From: the human T2T-CHM13v2.0 reference genome, Homo sapiens
DNA: 64,000 nucleotides
Assembly (NCBI RefSeq): GCF_009914755.1
Contig: NC_060937.1
Reading direction: 5' to 3' (one strand)
Within the stretch, counting starts at the first letter, position 1. Each line of letters begins with the position of its first letter. The position numbers and the translations under genes were made by a program. The notes beneath the pieces were generated by a model. It did not search any database, was not told the origin of the DNA, and saw only the letters and a program-made list of their open reading frames with translations. Below are positions 24,851-39,321 of the stretch, one piece after another.

Positions 24851-25470
24851 GACCTATTCATATGCTACCTACAAGAGGCTCACTTCAGCTTCAAGGGCAC
24901 AAATGGATTGAAAGTGAAAGGATGGAAAAACCTATTCCTTGCCAAAGGAAACAAAGAGAAAGCAGAGCTAACTATTCTTATATCAAATAAAACACTCTTT
25001 AAGCAAAAACTGCAAAAAGAGACACTATAAGTGTCAGAGTAATGCTGGCCAGAGTCGAATGATTTTGGATGATCTCACGCATATGTGAAATTAAAATAGT
25101 CCAACTCATAGAAGCAGAGAGTACAGTGGTGGTTACCAGGGGATAGGGGTGGGTGAGGAAGAGGAAAAAGGGGATGTGTTCATCAAAGCATACAAAATTT
25201 TAGTTAGATTGAAGAAATAATTTCAAAGATTTATTGTACATCATGGTGACCATGATTAATAACAATGTATTGTATTCTTAAAAATGGCTAACAGATAAAT
25301 TTGTGTTCTCCACACAAAAAATAATAAGTATATAAGATAATTCATGTTAATTAGCACAATCTTCACTTCTCACATGTATAAATATTTCAAAACACCATGT
25401 TGTACATAATAAACATATAATTTGTATATGTTATACAATTTTTTTCAAAAGAGAAACAATTATAAATAAA
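24851..25470 (+). mobile_element. L1MA (MA7/8-like): endonuclease fragment fused to 3'UTR
   Basis: 24851-25025 encodes ICYLQEAHFSFKGTNGLKVKGWK...ILISNK (L1 EN); 25066-25440 is an L1MA 3' end (actcatagaagcagagagt...tttcaaaacaccatgttgtaca). Confidence 0.88.
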
Positions 25471-25804
25471 GTCTATAAGCTCCTGCTATGTCATCTGTCA
25501 AATTAACAGCATTAATGCTCGTGTTCTTTGCTCTGTGTTCTACTACTTTTGGGCTTTCCCATTTCAGACTATTCTCCTGTCTGCATCAACTATCCATTTT
25601 CCCTGGTCTACACAAGAACATCACTCCTATATTTACACCCTTTCAGTCTTACTTCACGAATGTTTTTGTTCTCTATACTGCCTTCTTCTCATTGGCATAA
25701 AGCAACTCTATAATTTCTCACATTTAAATGTGCCTTCTCTTCCAAAATCCTTTCAGCTGCTACCTCATTTCTTTGTTCTTATGAGTAGCAAAAAAGTCCT
25801 CAAA

Positions 25805-26110
25805 AGTGTTTGAGTCCTCAGAGAAGCACGTGCCAAGACAAGAGTAGAACTGAAAGATAGTTCATTGGGAGAAATGTTTGTGAATTATAAATGGAAAGGG
25901 AGCAGGAGTCTGCAAGAAAAGTCTTCAGATGCTGATGCTGCTACAACTGTGAAGGGAGAGAAGAAAGTAAGAATTCTGTGGAAAGAATCTTAGACCTCAA
26001 TGCAGTTCTGAGAAAGTTTTGGGCCTGGGTCATGGAGAGTCCCAGAGTTAAAATTGCTTTGCAGAAAAATCTGGAGTCACCAGCAAGTGTTCCACTTCTA
26101 GTACAATTTC
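25805..26110 (-). mobile_element. LTR16A-like ERVL LTR fragment
   Basis: gagtcctcagagaagcacgtgccaagac...gggagcaggag...cttcagatgctgatgc...gcagttctgagaaagt matches recalled LTR16A. Confidence 0.7.
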
Positions 26111-26114
26111 TGTG

Positions 26115-28840
26115 TTGTATTGATTTTAGATCTTTCTTTGTTTTTAATGTAAGCTCTTACAACTATAAATTTCTCTCTTAGCTCAGTGGTGACTGCATCT
26201 GCTAAGTTTTAATACATTGTGTTTTTATTTTCACTTGTGTCAAGGTATTAGTTTCTAATTTTCCTTGTAACTTTTCTTGTGACCCATTGGCTGTTTAAGT
26301 GTATGTTGTTTTACTTTCACATGTCAGTGGACATTTGGTTTGTTTGTGTTATTATTGATTCATAATTTCATTTTATTGTGATAAGAAACGATTCTTTGTA
26401 TTTGTTAAGACTTATTTTGTACCATAACATGTGTATTTTGGATAATGCTCCATATGAACTGGAGAATAATGTATATATTGTTGAGTGGAGTGTTTTGTCT
26501 ACATCTATTGGGTAATATTGGTCTGTAGTGTTGTTCAAGTCCTTTATTTCCTTATTGTTCTTTTGTCCAGATATTCTATCTGTTGCTGAATGTGAAATGC
26601 CAAAGTCTCCTACTATTATTATGTTTTCTTCTTCCTCTCCTTTTAATTCTGTCAAAGGTTTCTTTACATATTTAGGAACTCTGGGGCTTCATGCATAATT
26701 ATAATTGCTATACCTTCTTGGTGAATTGACACATCACTATGTAACCTTCTTCTTTGTTTCTTATAACAGTTTTTGATTTACAGTATATTTTGTCTGATGT
26801 CAATATAGCCACTCTGCTCCCTTTCGGTTACAATTTGCATGGGTTATCTTTTTCCATCCTTTCATTTTCAGCCTATGTATGTCCTTAGAGCTAAAGTGAG
26901 TCTTTTGTAGACAGCATATATCAGATCCTGTTTCATAAAACCCATTTAGTTAATCTAGTTTTTTGATTGGGGAGTTTAATCCACTTACATTTAAAAATAA
27001 AAATATAAAAAATACTGTAAATATTTCTAGGAATTGATTTACCACTGACATTTTGCTAATTATTTTCTATATGTTTTGTAGGCTTTTGTGCCTCTTTTTG
27101 TTTTACTGCTTTTCTTCATATTTTGTTATGTTTTTTAGTAATATGCATTTTTATTTCCTTTTGTATATATTCTATAAGTATTTTCTTTCTTGTTACCATT
27201 AGAAATGCTTAAAATATATTAAAGTTTTAGCATTCTAATTTAAACAAAGAACAACTTAACTTCAGTCACATACAAGACCTCTACTCATTTATAGCTACAC
27301 TCCCCTGTTATGACATTAATATTATAAATCACATCTTTATATATTATACACCAATTAACATAGATTTATAGGAACTTTTAATGTTTTTGTCATTTAAATT
27401 CTATTCACCAAAATTGTAGTAATACAGCCTACAAAATGTGTCCACATATTTACCTTTACTAGTGAGCCTTACATTTCTGTATAGCTTCATATTTCTGTCC
27501 ACCATACTTTTGTTTCAACTTGAATGACTACCTTTAGCATTTCTTGTAGGGCAGGCCTAGTGGTAATGAACAATGTCAGCTTTTGTTTATCTGGAAAAGT
27601 CTTAATGTCTCCTTCATTTCAAAAGATAAATTTGATGTATGAAGTATTCCTGGTTGATAGTTGAGAAATTCGCTGATAACTTTATGGAAGCCCCCTTGGA
27701 TGTGACAAATTGCTTTTCTTTTGTTGTTTTCAGGATTTTCTCTTTGTCTTTGACATTGGACTATTTGAGTATAATCTCTGTAGTTCTCTTTGAATTTATT
27801 CTACTTGGAAGTCTTTGAGCTGTTTGAATCCGTATATCTATTTCTTTCTTCAGATTTGGGAAGTTTCTGGCCATTATTTCTTCAAATAAGCTCTCTATCC
27901 TTTTCTCTTTCCTGCTTCTTAGATTTCCATGACATTATACATATATTGGTCACATAAATTACTTAGGCTATTTTTGCTTTTTTCATTTATTTTTGTTCCT
28001 GTGATTCAATGATTTCAAATTATTTGTCCTCAAATTCACTGATGCTTTCTTCTGCCTGATAAGGTCTTACTGTTGAACCCTTGGAATAAAGTTTTCAGTT
28101 GAGTTGTATTTTCTGTTCCTGAATTTCTGTTTTTATCTCTTTTTTTGATATTCTCATTTTGTTCATTCATTACCCTGATTTTATTTAGTCGTGAGTGATC
28201 TCTTGTAGCTCACTGAAATATCTTTGTGACAGTTATTTTAATTTTTTGTCCAGCAGCTCATAGATCTGCATTTCTATAGCGTCAGTTTCTAAAGTTTTAT
28301 TTTGTTTCTTTGATTTGGCGTGTTTCTTTGTATGCCTTGTAATCTTTGCTGGGACTTGGGCATTTGTAAAAGCAACTGCCACTCCCAGAACTGTCTACAG
28401 AAATGCAGCTTTAATGTGCTTCTTGCTCCTCTTTTCAGTGGCTTCCAAACTCTTTCACTGGTTTCATCAGTGCTCCAAGTTAAGTGAGACGGAAACCAAT
28501 CTCTTAGGTAGCCCCACAACAAGGCCGCATGTTAGGTAAATGGTCCATTCCTTGTTTCTGTCCTGAGGGAAGATCCACATATGAGGGCTTTCTTCAAGTT
28601 GCTCTGCACTAGGTTATGCAGGGAAAGAAACATGAACAGGAGCATTAAATGCCTAGAATCCTCCTACATTTTTTTTTCTGGGATCCCTTCCTGGTTTTAC
28701 AATAAGCAGAGTGCTGTAGCTTTTCAACTGGCCTCTTGTGTTTTCACAGAGTCATTCTGGTCAATATATTGTTGTTAACTTGGTATCTTTGTGAAGGAAG
28801 GATGGACTGTGACTTTCTAGTCTGCCTTCTTGCTGACCAT
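26115..28840 (-). mobile_element. Old L1M (MC/MD-type) 5' half: 5'UTR, ORF1 remnant, inter-ORF region, EN domain
   Basis: ORF 26368-26655 IIIVGDFGISHSATDRISGQK is L1 EN; aaagtgagtcttttgtagacagcatat; ORF1 antisense tttgggaagtttctggccattatttcttcaaata. Confidence 0.88.
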
Positions 28841-28849
28841 TCTCATTTT

Positions 28850-29220
28850 TAAAAATCCAATCTACTTAAGCTTTCACTCTATTCTATCAAAAGAGCTCTT
28901 GTTCGGTCACAAATAACATGATATTGCTAAATCCTTTGGTTCATCTACATATAGTTCCTAGCTTGATTGACTTATTGAGAGCATTTTATATCAATGATCA
29001 TACATTTCTCTATGAAATGTGATTTTGTACCTGGATTCTTAGATATCATAATATTTTGGGTTTTTTTTAATATCTTACTCACATTTCCTTACTCCTGTAT
29101 TCTTTTTCACTCCACATCTTTCTTTTTTCTAATCTGTCAATTATCCTAGGGCCTATGCCTTTAACTTACAATTATGAAAACCCCAGAATAATATCAGTAA
29201 TTTGAGAAGTATCTCCTCTA
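28850..29220 (+). mobile_element. L2 RT-region fragment (continues CT-rich L2 pieces at ~23800-24020 and ~25480-25805)
   Basis: gctcttgttcggtcacaaataac...ttgctaaatcctttggt...gacttattgagagcatttta resembles the L2 RT consensus. Confidence 0.65.
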
Positions 29221-29604
29221 AATGCTCCTGAGAATAGATCAAGCAATTATGTGATATAATTGTCCAATTATTTTCATTAAACAATTGTGTGTCTCTGTTA
29301 TCATTATTAGGAATTAAACCTTTCTTCCAGATGCCAATCTGAAAGCAATCTTACAGCCTTCTTCCTATAAGCCCTAGTTTTCTTGAATTGGACTCATCAT
29401 AAAAGGATAATATATTTTCAAAATGGAATAAAGAGAGGAGAAAAAGTGGTTAAGTCAGAGGGTGGATTGTTTGTGAAGCCCTAAAGTTTTGAGAAACTTT
29501 AGGAGAGCTAGTGAAACTGGAATTCAGAAATAGTCTAATAGAGAGAGAGAGAGAAATTAAAGTGGTGCAGTGAGAAGGACCACATCATATAAGGCCCTAC
29601 AAAT

Positions 29605-29739
29605 TTGGTGGCCAAATTCCATCCTGGTTTGTCCAGATGAGTTCTGGTTTACACTTGTTATCCTAGCATAATTACCTAAAAGCATTTTTTTCACACTCAA
29701 AAGTGTCCCAGTTTGTACAAAAAATTACATGGTCACTCA
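29605..29739. mobile_element. MER94 (hAT-Blackjack MITE)
   Basis: ggtggcca...tcctggtttgtcc...tttcacactcaaaagtgtcccagtttg...aaattacatggtcac, ~135 bp with degenerate TIRs. Confidence 0.85.
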
Positions 29740-31286
29740 GAAGAGCAAATGTAACAATCATAGCATGCATACTAGGAATGCCCACAGAGAAAAAAGGAAA
29801 CGAATGATATATTCTGTGGCTAAGGAAGTTAAAGTCAGCTTTTCACCCATTGGGAGTAATCAAATATGTCTAATGCTGCTGTGGGAAAGGACTGAGATGC
29901 AACCATTTTATTTAGTGGACATGGTTTCTTATTTCATCTATAGAAATTTCAGAGCGGTCAAGGAAAGAGTTAATTCTGACTTCTGGGGATTAAGGAATAG
30001 ATGGGTGTTGAGTATATGCAGACCACAGTGTGAAATAAGTCTTCGAAAAATGATTGGCTGTGGGGAAAGTAAAGGAGTGTGATAACTATTGTAGTAGAGT
30101 AAGATAATAAAAGAGGGAAGATTAAAAAAAAAAAAGATAGTGCCAATCACAGGGTTAGGGATTTGGTGTGGAGATGCCGATGTAAGTTCTGTCTGATAGC
30201 CTTTATTTTTGGTGTGAAATGGGCACCACCACTTCTGAAGGTGAAATAAACATGGGTCAAGAGGTGAAAGCTTTGGAGATGTTTTGAAATAGTGATTGCA
30301 AAAGGTAGAAAATCCAATTACACACATTTATTCGAATTATCAATTGATGTTGGTTATCATGAATTAACCATGGTAGGCATCTATTCAGCTTTGCCTCAGA
30401 CTCCAGCAGTTTTAAATATAGGTAACCAGATGAAATATTGTTAAAAGATAATCTAGGGTTAGTATTTTGCCAGTCAGGTACTCCGGAAGAAACAAACAAA
30501 CAAAAAAGGCAAGAAAGTTTAGCATCCTGGCCTAACAACCCTATATCATGTTATCATGAGCATTTCCTTATACAAGTTTATGCAACAATATATCCTAAAA
30601 TTGATACTGTTAGCTACCTGGGTAGAAGTGACTCCATTCTGATGGGGACTCTGTTACTATAAAAGACAATCATCTTAATGCCACCCTTTGAGGCTTCCTC
30701 ACTTATTCCTCCCTATCATACTCTCTTGAGTTTAATGGCAGATTAACTCTTCATCATCCTAGAGAGGAGACAGAGAGTGTCTGAACGAATTAGGTATGAA
30801 CACAAATGAATTTTGATGATTAGATAGAAATGATGAGAACATTTATAATTACTGAACACAGCCCAGGGAAAGCAGGACAGCTGAGGGCCTTAGAGGAGAA
30901 ATATATGTGGCTAGAAACAAACAAAATTTTGTCATACCTGCAACAGAATATTCATTTAAGGAAAGCAAACAACATTTAAAATGAGTAAAAAGTACGTTGA
31001 GAAATTAATTTATCTATGGTGAATGTTTTCAAGTTTTATTCTAATGGCATTTATTCCCAGTAAACCTATAATTGATCTTAGCTGCAAATAGTACAGAATA
31101 GAATTATTTAAATAAAGCTTTTAGCTTTTAAAGTGACATTTTATACTCTAACAGGTGCTGTAAATGTTATTGAGACGCTGTTTCTTTTCTTAGTGAAGTA
31201 TATATTTTAATTGCATGATTAATATTTCAAATGCTTTAAAGCTTTGAAAGAGTATTTCAAATAGTATCATATATTTTTGTCTTTAA

Positions 31287-31593
<307 letters not shown>

Positions 31594-32096
31594 TTTATTG
31601 CATTTTTAACAATAATGAGTAATTTTAAAGCAGAAAGTCCTCTGACCATGTTGCTTGCTTTGTATACATTGTATTTATACCAGACTGCCAACTAATTCCT
31701 TATTAGTGTACTTTAGTAAGAAGAACCATAGATGGAAAAATATGCATTATTAGAAGAAAAGATAATTGAGATGAAACTTGAGTGTAAGCATGAAAGAATA
31801 TGCCTTGTTTTTGAGTTGACTGAATAACACAAAATAACCTATTTTGAGCTTATACTCTGTATTCTAAACTATGTAAAATTTGGCCTTTCATTTTTTTAAA
31901 AAATTGTTATTAATTTTTAAAAACACTGTAACTATTTTTTAAAAACTTTTGGGAAAAATACAAATCAACCTTTCCTATCTGTATCATAAAACTTGATTAA
32001 AAATAAAAGGGATTTTAGAGAGCATTACTATAATCCTTTTCTTCTGTGCCTGATTTAATATCCCTGATCACTAGGACCTATATTACCTATATTGTA

Positions 32097-32129
32097 CGTG
32101 TGTGTGTGTGTGCATGCGTGTGTGTGTGT
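32097..32129. repeat. Interrupted (TG)n
   Basis: Direct read. Confidence 0.85.
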
Positions 32130-32735
32130 TAATATCTGCAGCCTATTCCTCTATCTTTTTAATGAGAGGTTTTGGGAAAGGTAATGTTATTTTTGTGTGT
32201 TTGTATATAGGTTACAATAGTAATTTTGCAAGCAATTGATATCAAGCTTTTATCTTTAAATTTTCTAAAATACACCAGGTTTTTTTGTTCTTTTACGTGA
32301 TTGGAACATGTGTCTAAGTATTCAATCATATTTTATGTTTTGTTTAGCATATGACTATGGAAGCGGTAGAAGAAGAGGAGAGGAGGAAAAATTTGTTAGA
32401 TAAACCAAGAGGCTATGATTTTAGTTAACTAATTCACTAATTGGAAAACAAGAATGCTGGAAGGAGTAGGGATGAAGAATCCAAAATTTTTGGTTAAAAT
32501 ATGTAAGAAATGGAGCATAAAACAAAGATTAACCAACTAATGTAAGCAAGAGGTAGATAGGATGGTGAAGCCAGATACATGGGATTAAACATAATTTTTT
32601 AAATTAGAAGAAATGATTTGGAAGTTGTAAAAGGGAGCTAGGAGAAAAATGCCAAACCTCCTTTTCCTAAGACAAATGAAACATGAGAAAAATATAAACC
32701 CTCACTTGTGAGGCTGCCTACAAGGGCAGCAATTT

Positions 32736-33050
32736 TTCTTTTTTTTTTTTTTTTTTCTTTTTTTTTTTTGAGACAGAGTCTCGCTCTGTTGCCCAGGCTG
32801 GAGTTCAGTGACATGATCTGGGCTCACTGCAAGCTCTACCTCCTGGGTTCACGCCATTCTCCTGCATCAGTCTCCCTAGCAGCTGGGACTACAGGCGCTC
32901 ACCACCACGCCCGGCTAATTTTTTGTGTTTTTAGTAGAGACGGGGTTTCACCGTGTTAGCCAGGATGGTCTCAATCTCCTGACCTCGTGATCCGCCTGCC
33001 TGGGCCTCCCAAAGTGCTGGGATTACAGACGTGAGCCACCGCGCCCGGCC
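32736..33050 (-). mobile_element. AluY
   Basis: Antisense; ttcacgccattctcc and ccgtgttagccaggatgg diagnostics; TSD aggg(t)cagcaattt at 32723-32735 and 33051-33064. Confidence 0.95.
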
Positions 33051-34194
33051 AGGGTCAGCAATTTCATCTGTAATAGTCAGGTTTCATTTCAGGCAGGAAA
33101 GTGATGGAAATGTTTAAACATGTTAAAAATGTGGAAGACTTTTCAGATTACAGAGCAGGAATTTCAAGGAAATTGCAAAGGAAGAAGATAGAAAATTTTC
33201 AGATTAGGTTACATGCTTAGTGTTATATAGGTAGGAGAATACAATGATAATGAACTCGAGGCCAGGAAACATGGCTCTTGAATGCTCAGTGCCTGGTGCA
33301 GCATCTACCATAAAATTGGTGCTTATAAATATTTGTTGATAAAAATAAAACACATAAACAATGCAATTTGCCTCTATAATATTGTGACTGTTAACCATTA
33401 AAAATCTAGTGGCAAAATCCTTTGAAATGCTTAAGTAAATGGTTCCTTTTTACTGTTTATGAGGAATTTATTCTTATTTATTTATTATTAGCAAACTGAA
33501 TCTCATTGTAAATTTTTCCAAAACGAATTGTCATGAACTTGTCCTTAGCTTGTAGGTACAATATTAAATTGTTGGCATAAACACAATTTAGGACAAATCT
33601 GATTCTGAGACTGAGGATGCCACTTCATTCACACAGATACCTATGACAAAAATCACTATTTGATAAAATCTTAATCATCACTACAGGAAGGTGTTCTTAC
33701 CCTTTATTGATCAATCAAAATGTGTTATGGCCACTACAGAGTATGGGAATTCATTTAAAATTGTGTGTACTCATGATACAGATATAAACAACCACTAATG
33801 TAATTGCTGTAACATTATGTATAGCAAAACAGTAGTTATTTAAACTGCTACATATGCAGATAGAAGCCAGCAAAAAACACAGACAGTATCTTTATGCTAT
33901 TATTCTAGATTGGGTATAAGGCAAATGATGACTCATTATACTAATAGCAAGTATAGATGACATGCAGAATAAATATTTAAAGCACTGCCAGACTTATTTG
34001 CATGTCTTAAACTTTGTTGACCCCATCATTTAAAATTTTGCTTTTTAACTATCCACCATGTTAATTTTATCTATATTTTCAAATTTATAAATAATATAGT
34101 AGTAGTCATTAATATAATACTATATAACAAAAATAATTTAGAAATACGGTAACTACCATATTTCTTTATTGAGAAGAACTTCAAATAAACTTTA

Positions 34195-34310
34195 CTCTAT
34201 CTCCTAACTTTACGAAAATAGAAACAGGCACAGAGAGAAGGTCATAGAGCCAAAAAAATGATAAGATTTGAACTCACATCTGTTAATTCTCTGTTCAGTG
34301 TTTTTACACT
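34195..34310 (-). mobile_element. MIR fragment
   Basis: tttacgaaaatagaaacaggcacagagag...gatttgaactcacatctg. Confidence 0.65.
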
Positions 34311-35019
34311 CTTGCCTCATCTCAGTTCATGTTGAACTGTGCAAGCTGTTGCATGTGACACAGATGAGAAAGGCATGAAATCTGTTCTGGAGACGTTTAA
34401 AACTGGAGAAGGATAAAGAACGAGACATATACATGTAGTAGTATATTTTGGAATAAGATTTTTAAAAATAAGAACTTATGGTGTAAAAAGACTTTTTTTA
34501 AAAAGAAAAAAACACAACAAATACATGAGAGATGGAGAACAATATAATCATATCAAATTAGGACTGTCAAGAGAGACTTCAGTGGCTGTGATTGAAAGCT
34601 GCCTTATATGATAGACAGGGTTTAACCATGAGGTGTTTCAGATAATGGAAGTAATAGAATCAATGGCAGGAGCAGGGGCAGGTTAAGAATGCATATTTGT
34701 GAGGAATCTTAAGACTAAATTAAATTGAAGATTGAATAAACAGCTTGACATGAGGCTGGAAAAATATACTGGGACAATATGAAGAATTTAGAAATATTTG
34801 GATTGTTTTTAAGAATTAAAATATGACAAGTATGTAGGATAAGTTTTAGTTGGGATATAAGAGTTTGTGAAATTATTGAATTTTTTAAATTGCTCCATGA
34901 TAAATGTAATAAAGCCTGAACGAGAGTGAAGGCAGCAAGAATAACAAGGGACCAACTGATACACTTAAGGAAAAACCCCTTGAATGAAATGTAGTTACCA
35001 CAGTTATTATTTCATATGT

Positions 35020-36450
35020 ATTTATTTAAATTACACATATGGTTATATAGTTATTTACTTTTTATAGTTGGTTCACAAATCAAAATGAAAGAACATAGAT
35101 ATTCAGGAATTTTGCTTCTATGTATGCCCCTATCGTCTCACTTACCTTTACACAGATATTAATTTTTATTAGTCTTATATAGTTAATTTAGTGTTTCTTC
35201 CAATACAAGCAAATGTGACTATATACCCTTATTTCCTTATGTTCTTACACAAATGAATTCAGATTATATAAACTCTTCTGCTTGACCACTTAATAATTTC
35301 TAAATATCTCTCCCTATAAATATACAGAAATCTTTCTTTTTTGTGTGTAATAGCTGTATTGTCATTGTGAGGCTTATGTAACCAGTCTCTTGTAGATGAA
35401 TATCTTTTTTCAATTTTTTCTATTACAAATTATGCTACATTAAGTAAAACTGGATATGCCACATTTTGCACAAGAGTGTAGGTGGATCTCTAGAAAATAA
35501 CTTTAATATAACTTTTTCCAGAAGTAAGTCTGCTGGGTTAAGAACAGACGCATTTGTAATCTTGGTACATATTGCCAAATTACTCTTACTGTAGTTGCAT
35601 CACTCTACCCTCCCATTAACAATATATGAGACTGCTGCTATCCCTAGCCAGTAAACAGAGCTGACGAACTTGGGGATGCTGCAATCTGAGGAGCGAAAAA
35701 TGCTGTTTCAGCTTGCGTTTGTAAACATTTTGGCCGAAGATATCTTCTCATTTGTCTTGGAGGCAATTTGTGTTACTTTTTATGTGATCTGTTGCTTCAT
35801 GTCATTTGTCTATTTTCTTGTTAGATTTTTGCCTTTTTCCTTTAATTTTTTTTACAAGGTTTCTAATGTGAGGTAGATTTGTCTGTGATTTGAGATGCAG
35901 ATATTTTCACAAATGGATTATTTTATCTTGCCTCCTGAAATATTTTTATGTAAGCAGATTTATTAATTTTTAGCGACTTCTGAATTTTTAATCAGAATTA
36001 AGAAGGTTTCCTAATTTATAATGGTATTGGCTAATGTTTTATTCCTGTTTGTGTGTTTAATATTTGAAACATTGATACATTTGGAATTTAATCTGGTATA
36101 CTGTGTGAAGTATTAATCCAATTTTAATCCAGACGGTTAGTGAGTTTTCTAACAAACATCATAGTAAAAAACACATTATCTTATTAATATTTCTTTAAGT
36201 TGTCACTTCATATCATAATAAGCTACTATGTATATTGTGTCTTGTTTCTAGTTTTTCTGTTCAGCATTCATTTATTCATTTATTCATGTGACAATACCAC
36301 ACTGCTTTAATTACTAAGGTTTTACAGTTAGTTTTCATAGATCTCATAGCCATTTTTTCTCACTTTTCCTGGATATTCTGGGTGGTTTATGTTGTCTATT
36401 TGAATTTTCCAATCACCTTGTCTAGATATTTGCTACAGTTTGTTTTGTTT
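35020..36450 (-). mobile_element. L1ME-type 3' portion
   Basis: tttttcaattttttctattacaaat...ctgctgggttaag...atattgccaaatt...ctcccattaacaatatatgaga; acaataccacactgctttaattact. Confidence 0.75.
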
Positions 36451-36774
36451 TTTAATTATAATTATAAATTTTCCTCTAAGCAACATTTTATTTTGATTCC
36501 ATAAGCCTGTATATGTTCAGTTCACATTATAATTGATAGAAATGTTGCTAGCATTTTGTTTTAATAACAAACATGTTTTAGTAATATATTTGTGTGGAAT
36601 GAATTTTGAAAAGGTTTGGTTTTTGCTTGATGATTTATCTAAATCTCTTTAGGAAAAGCAGGCCTTAGACATTTTTTAAATGTTTAGATTAGTTCTTCCT
36701 ATCAAAATAATTTGTTTTTTATGAGATTTCTATGTCTTATTTCAGCTACAAGTTCAACAAAAATATGTTTTCTA

Positions 36775-37040
36775 ACATTACCTCATTATGTAGCTAAGAC
36801 AAGTTACTAACTCTCTGCATCTCAGTTTCCTCATCTGCTAAATGGAAATATTAATGATAACTATCATATAAGGTTAAATAAAAATTCACACACACTTACG
36901 TAAGTATGTATGTGTATTATTTATCTATCTATATTGTATTACCTATCATTATCTAATTGTCTATCATCTATATACATATCTATCTATTAGAAACTTAAAA
37001 TGCCTAGTATTTAGTAATACTTAATGGATGACAGTAATTT
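36775..37040 (+). mobile_element. MIR with inserted low-complexity tract
   Basis: gacaagttactaactctctgcatctcagtttcctcatctgctaaatgg is the MIR core. Confidence 0.75.
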
Positions 37041-38704
37041 CCCTTTATGTATTTATCACAATCAACGGGCACAATGTAATGTAATCTGGTTATTGATTAA
37101 AATATTTCTGGCTAATCTTTAACTTCTTAAAATTTTGAGCAATTCAATACTAAGAAAATGATAAAAAATACTTTAATTTTTGCTACGATCTACTTTTAAA
37201 AATCTGAGATTTTAAATTTTTCAAAAAATTATCCAGTCATTGAAAATTTGAATTGCACATTTTGAATTTTTGAGGACTTCTTGATTTCATATTTTTATTT
37301 TTACAAAACTGTGCTGTTAAGCAGTACAACAAGTCACACTTTCTTCTAAAAGAAAATGTTTTTAGATACAAGAACTCAGTTGTTTTAATCTCCTGCCAAA
37401 CTGTCATGGTGCATGGAATTTATGTTGTAGAATTAACATTTTTTTCCCCCAAATGTAACCTATTTTGTTTCAAAAGACTTATTTGTCTTGGATGATTGTT
37501 TCATAGGTTTAAAACGTAATTTCAGATGTCATGTCACTGAAATAGATGGCAAGATATCAAGTGTTTCTGTAGAAATTTAGCCTGCCTGTTATTTACAGAT
37601 GGCTCCCAAGGGATGAATTCTATGAAGCACTGAATAATCTTCAAGACAGTGGCAAAAATCACATAGTTACAAGAGTTAAGAGACAGAAAACTTTGCCAAA
37701 AAAACCCTAAAAAAAATTAGAAGATGAATTCAGAGAAAGAACACAAACACAAAATACAATTGTGTGACGGAATTCAGAGTTCTGTTTTAGACTGCCTGAC
37801 TCAGTGTTTTACCAAAGATTAATGGAAGAATGCTTCATGTTTTGAAATTACCTGGATATATTTACACTTCAGGAAATAATTTGGATGTTAAAATAAAATG
37901 TGCAAGTATTGTAAGTGTGATGTAAATGAAATTGAATAAGGCTTTTTATTATGGATTTGTTGTATATTTTGAAATTTCTCTATTTGAATCTAAAGTCTAT
38001 CTTTTATGACTATGGTTTGTTCATATCACAAATACAGGTGGTTAAATGAAAATGTGGATATATAATAAGAGTAAATAAAGCCCACAGAAAGTAAAAATAA
38101 GAAAATTATATTTGTCATAATGGAAAAGACGTTAATATTGGACTAAACTGTATAAACTTTTAGGAAAATTCAACTTTATAATAGGATAATTGAATAGATT
38201 TAGCTATTTTGTATGCGCTTGAATCATAATGATAAAAAAGCAAAAAAAAGAAAACATCTTTTGTTGTGTTTTTAAGGTCAACTTGAAAATAAGTTCTAAG
38301 AATCACACATACACAAACAAAATTCTAGATTACAAAAATATCATCTTAAACAGAATGATACTGGACTAAAAATAGATGCTTAGACAAATGGCACAAAATA
38401 GAGAACCCAGAACTAAAGCCATGTGTTTAGTCAGTTGATTTTTTTTTTTAGAGAAAAAATATTTATTTATAAAAGGTTACTATTTTCTGAGATTCATTAA
38501 GTTCTTGGTCTTATAAACAGAGCCCGTATGTTTATTTTTTACATTATCTTTCTTATGTCCAATAAAATACTTTCCCTTTAATAATCCTGTAACATTGCAT
38601 TCAAATAATTTTGAAATGAAATAGGTATCATAAAACTTTAGAATGAGAAGTGAAGCGATAAAGGAATAATTTCTTATATCTTGGGACAGCTGTGATGTAA
38701 GCAT

Positions 38705-38810
38705 TTTTATAATCCCATCTTACAGATGAGGAAACAAAGCTAAAGGTAAAGTAAATCATCTAGGGTCACATGTAAACCACATGGAAGACCCAAAACTGGA
38801 ACCCAGTTTT
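38705..38810 (-). mobile_element. MIR fragment within the inserted segment
   Basis: atcccatcttacagatgaggaaacaaagct...agggtcaca...ctggaacccag. Confidence 0.85.
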
Positions 38811-39118
38811 ATGAAAGGAGCAATGGTTTATATGGGGCATAATAACTATCCAATGAAATACAAAGCAATTCCCTGGGTCATCACTGCACCCCCTGCACTG
38901 CTATGACAATTCGGCAGTTAGAACCTTGGAGAAATAAATGCCACCACTTAAAGGAAGTCACTCATGTAACCATGAGCATTCATTAAGGCCTGAGGCTCTT
39001 TCTCTAGTAACATCAGCCTTCTATAGTCAATCCTAAATTTGTATATTGTTTTCATTGATGCTGGAATAACTTTGGGTTGATTGAATTCCTCTGGATAAAC
39101 AAAATATTACTCATGTAG

Positions 39119-39321
39119 AATTTTTATTTATTTTTTCAAATTGAACTTTTAAGTTCAGGGGTACATGTGCAGATTTGTGATATAGGTAAACTTGTGTCAT
39201 GGGGGTTTGTTGTATAGATTATTTCACCACCCAGGTATTAAGACTAGTACCTGTTAGATATGTTTTCTAATTCTCTTCCACCTCCCAACCTCCACCTTAT
39301 GAAAGGCTCCAATATCTGTTG
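39119..39321 (-). mobile_element. 5'-truncated L1PA (PA13-like) 3' end
   Basis: aagttcaggggtacatgtgcag...ataggtaaacttgtgtcatgggggtttgttgtatagattatttcaccacccaggtattaag. Confidence 0.9.

Noticed and set aside
29729-30662. Cluster of overlapping 74-129 aa ORFs
   Set aside because: No recognisable homology, both strands open in compositionally biased DNA, no splice or promoter support.
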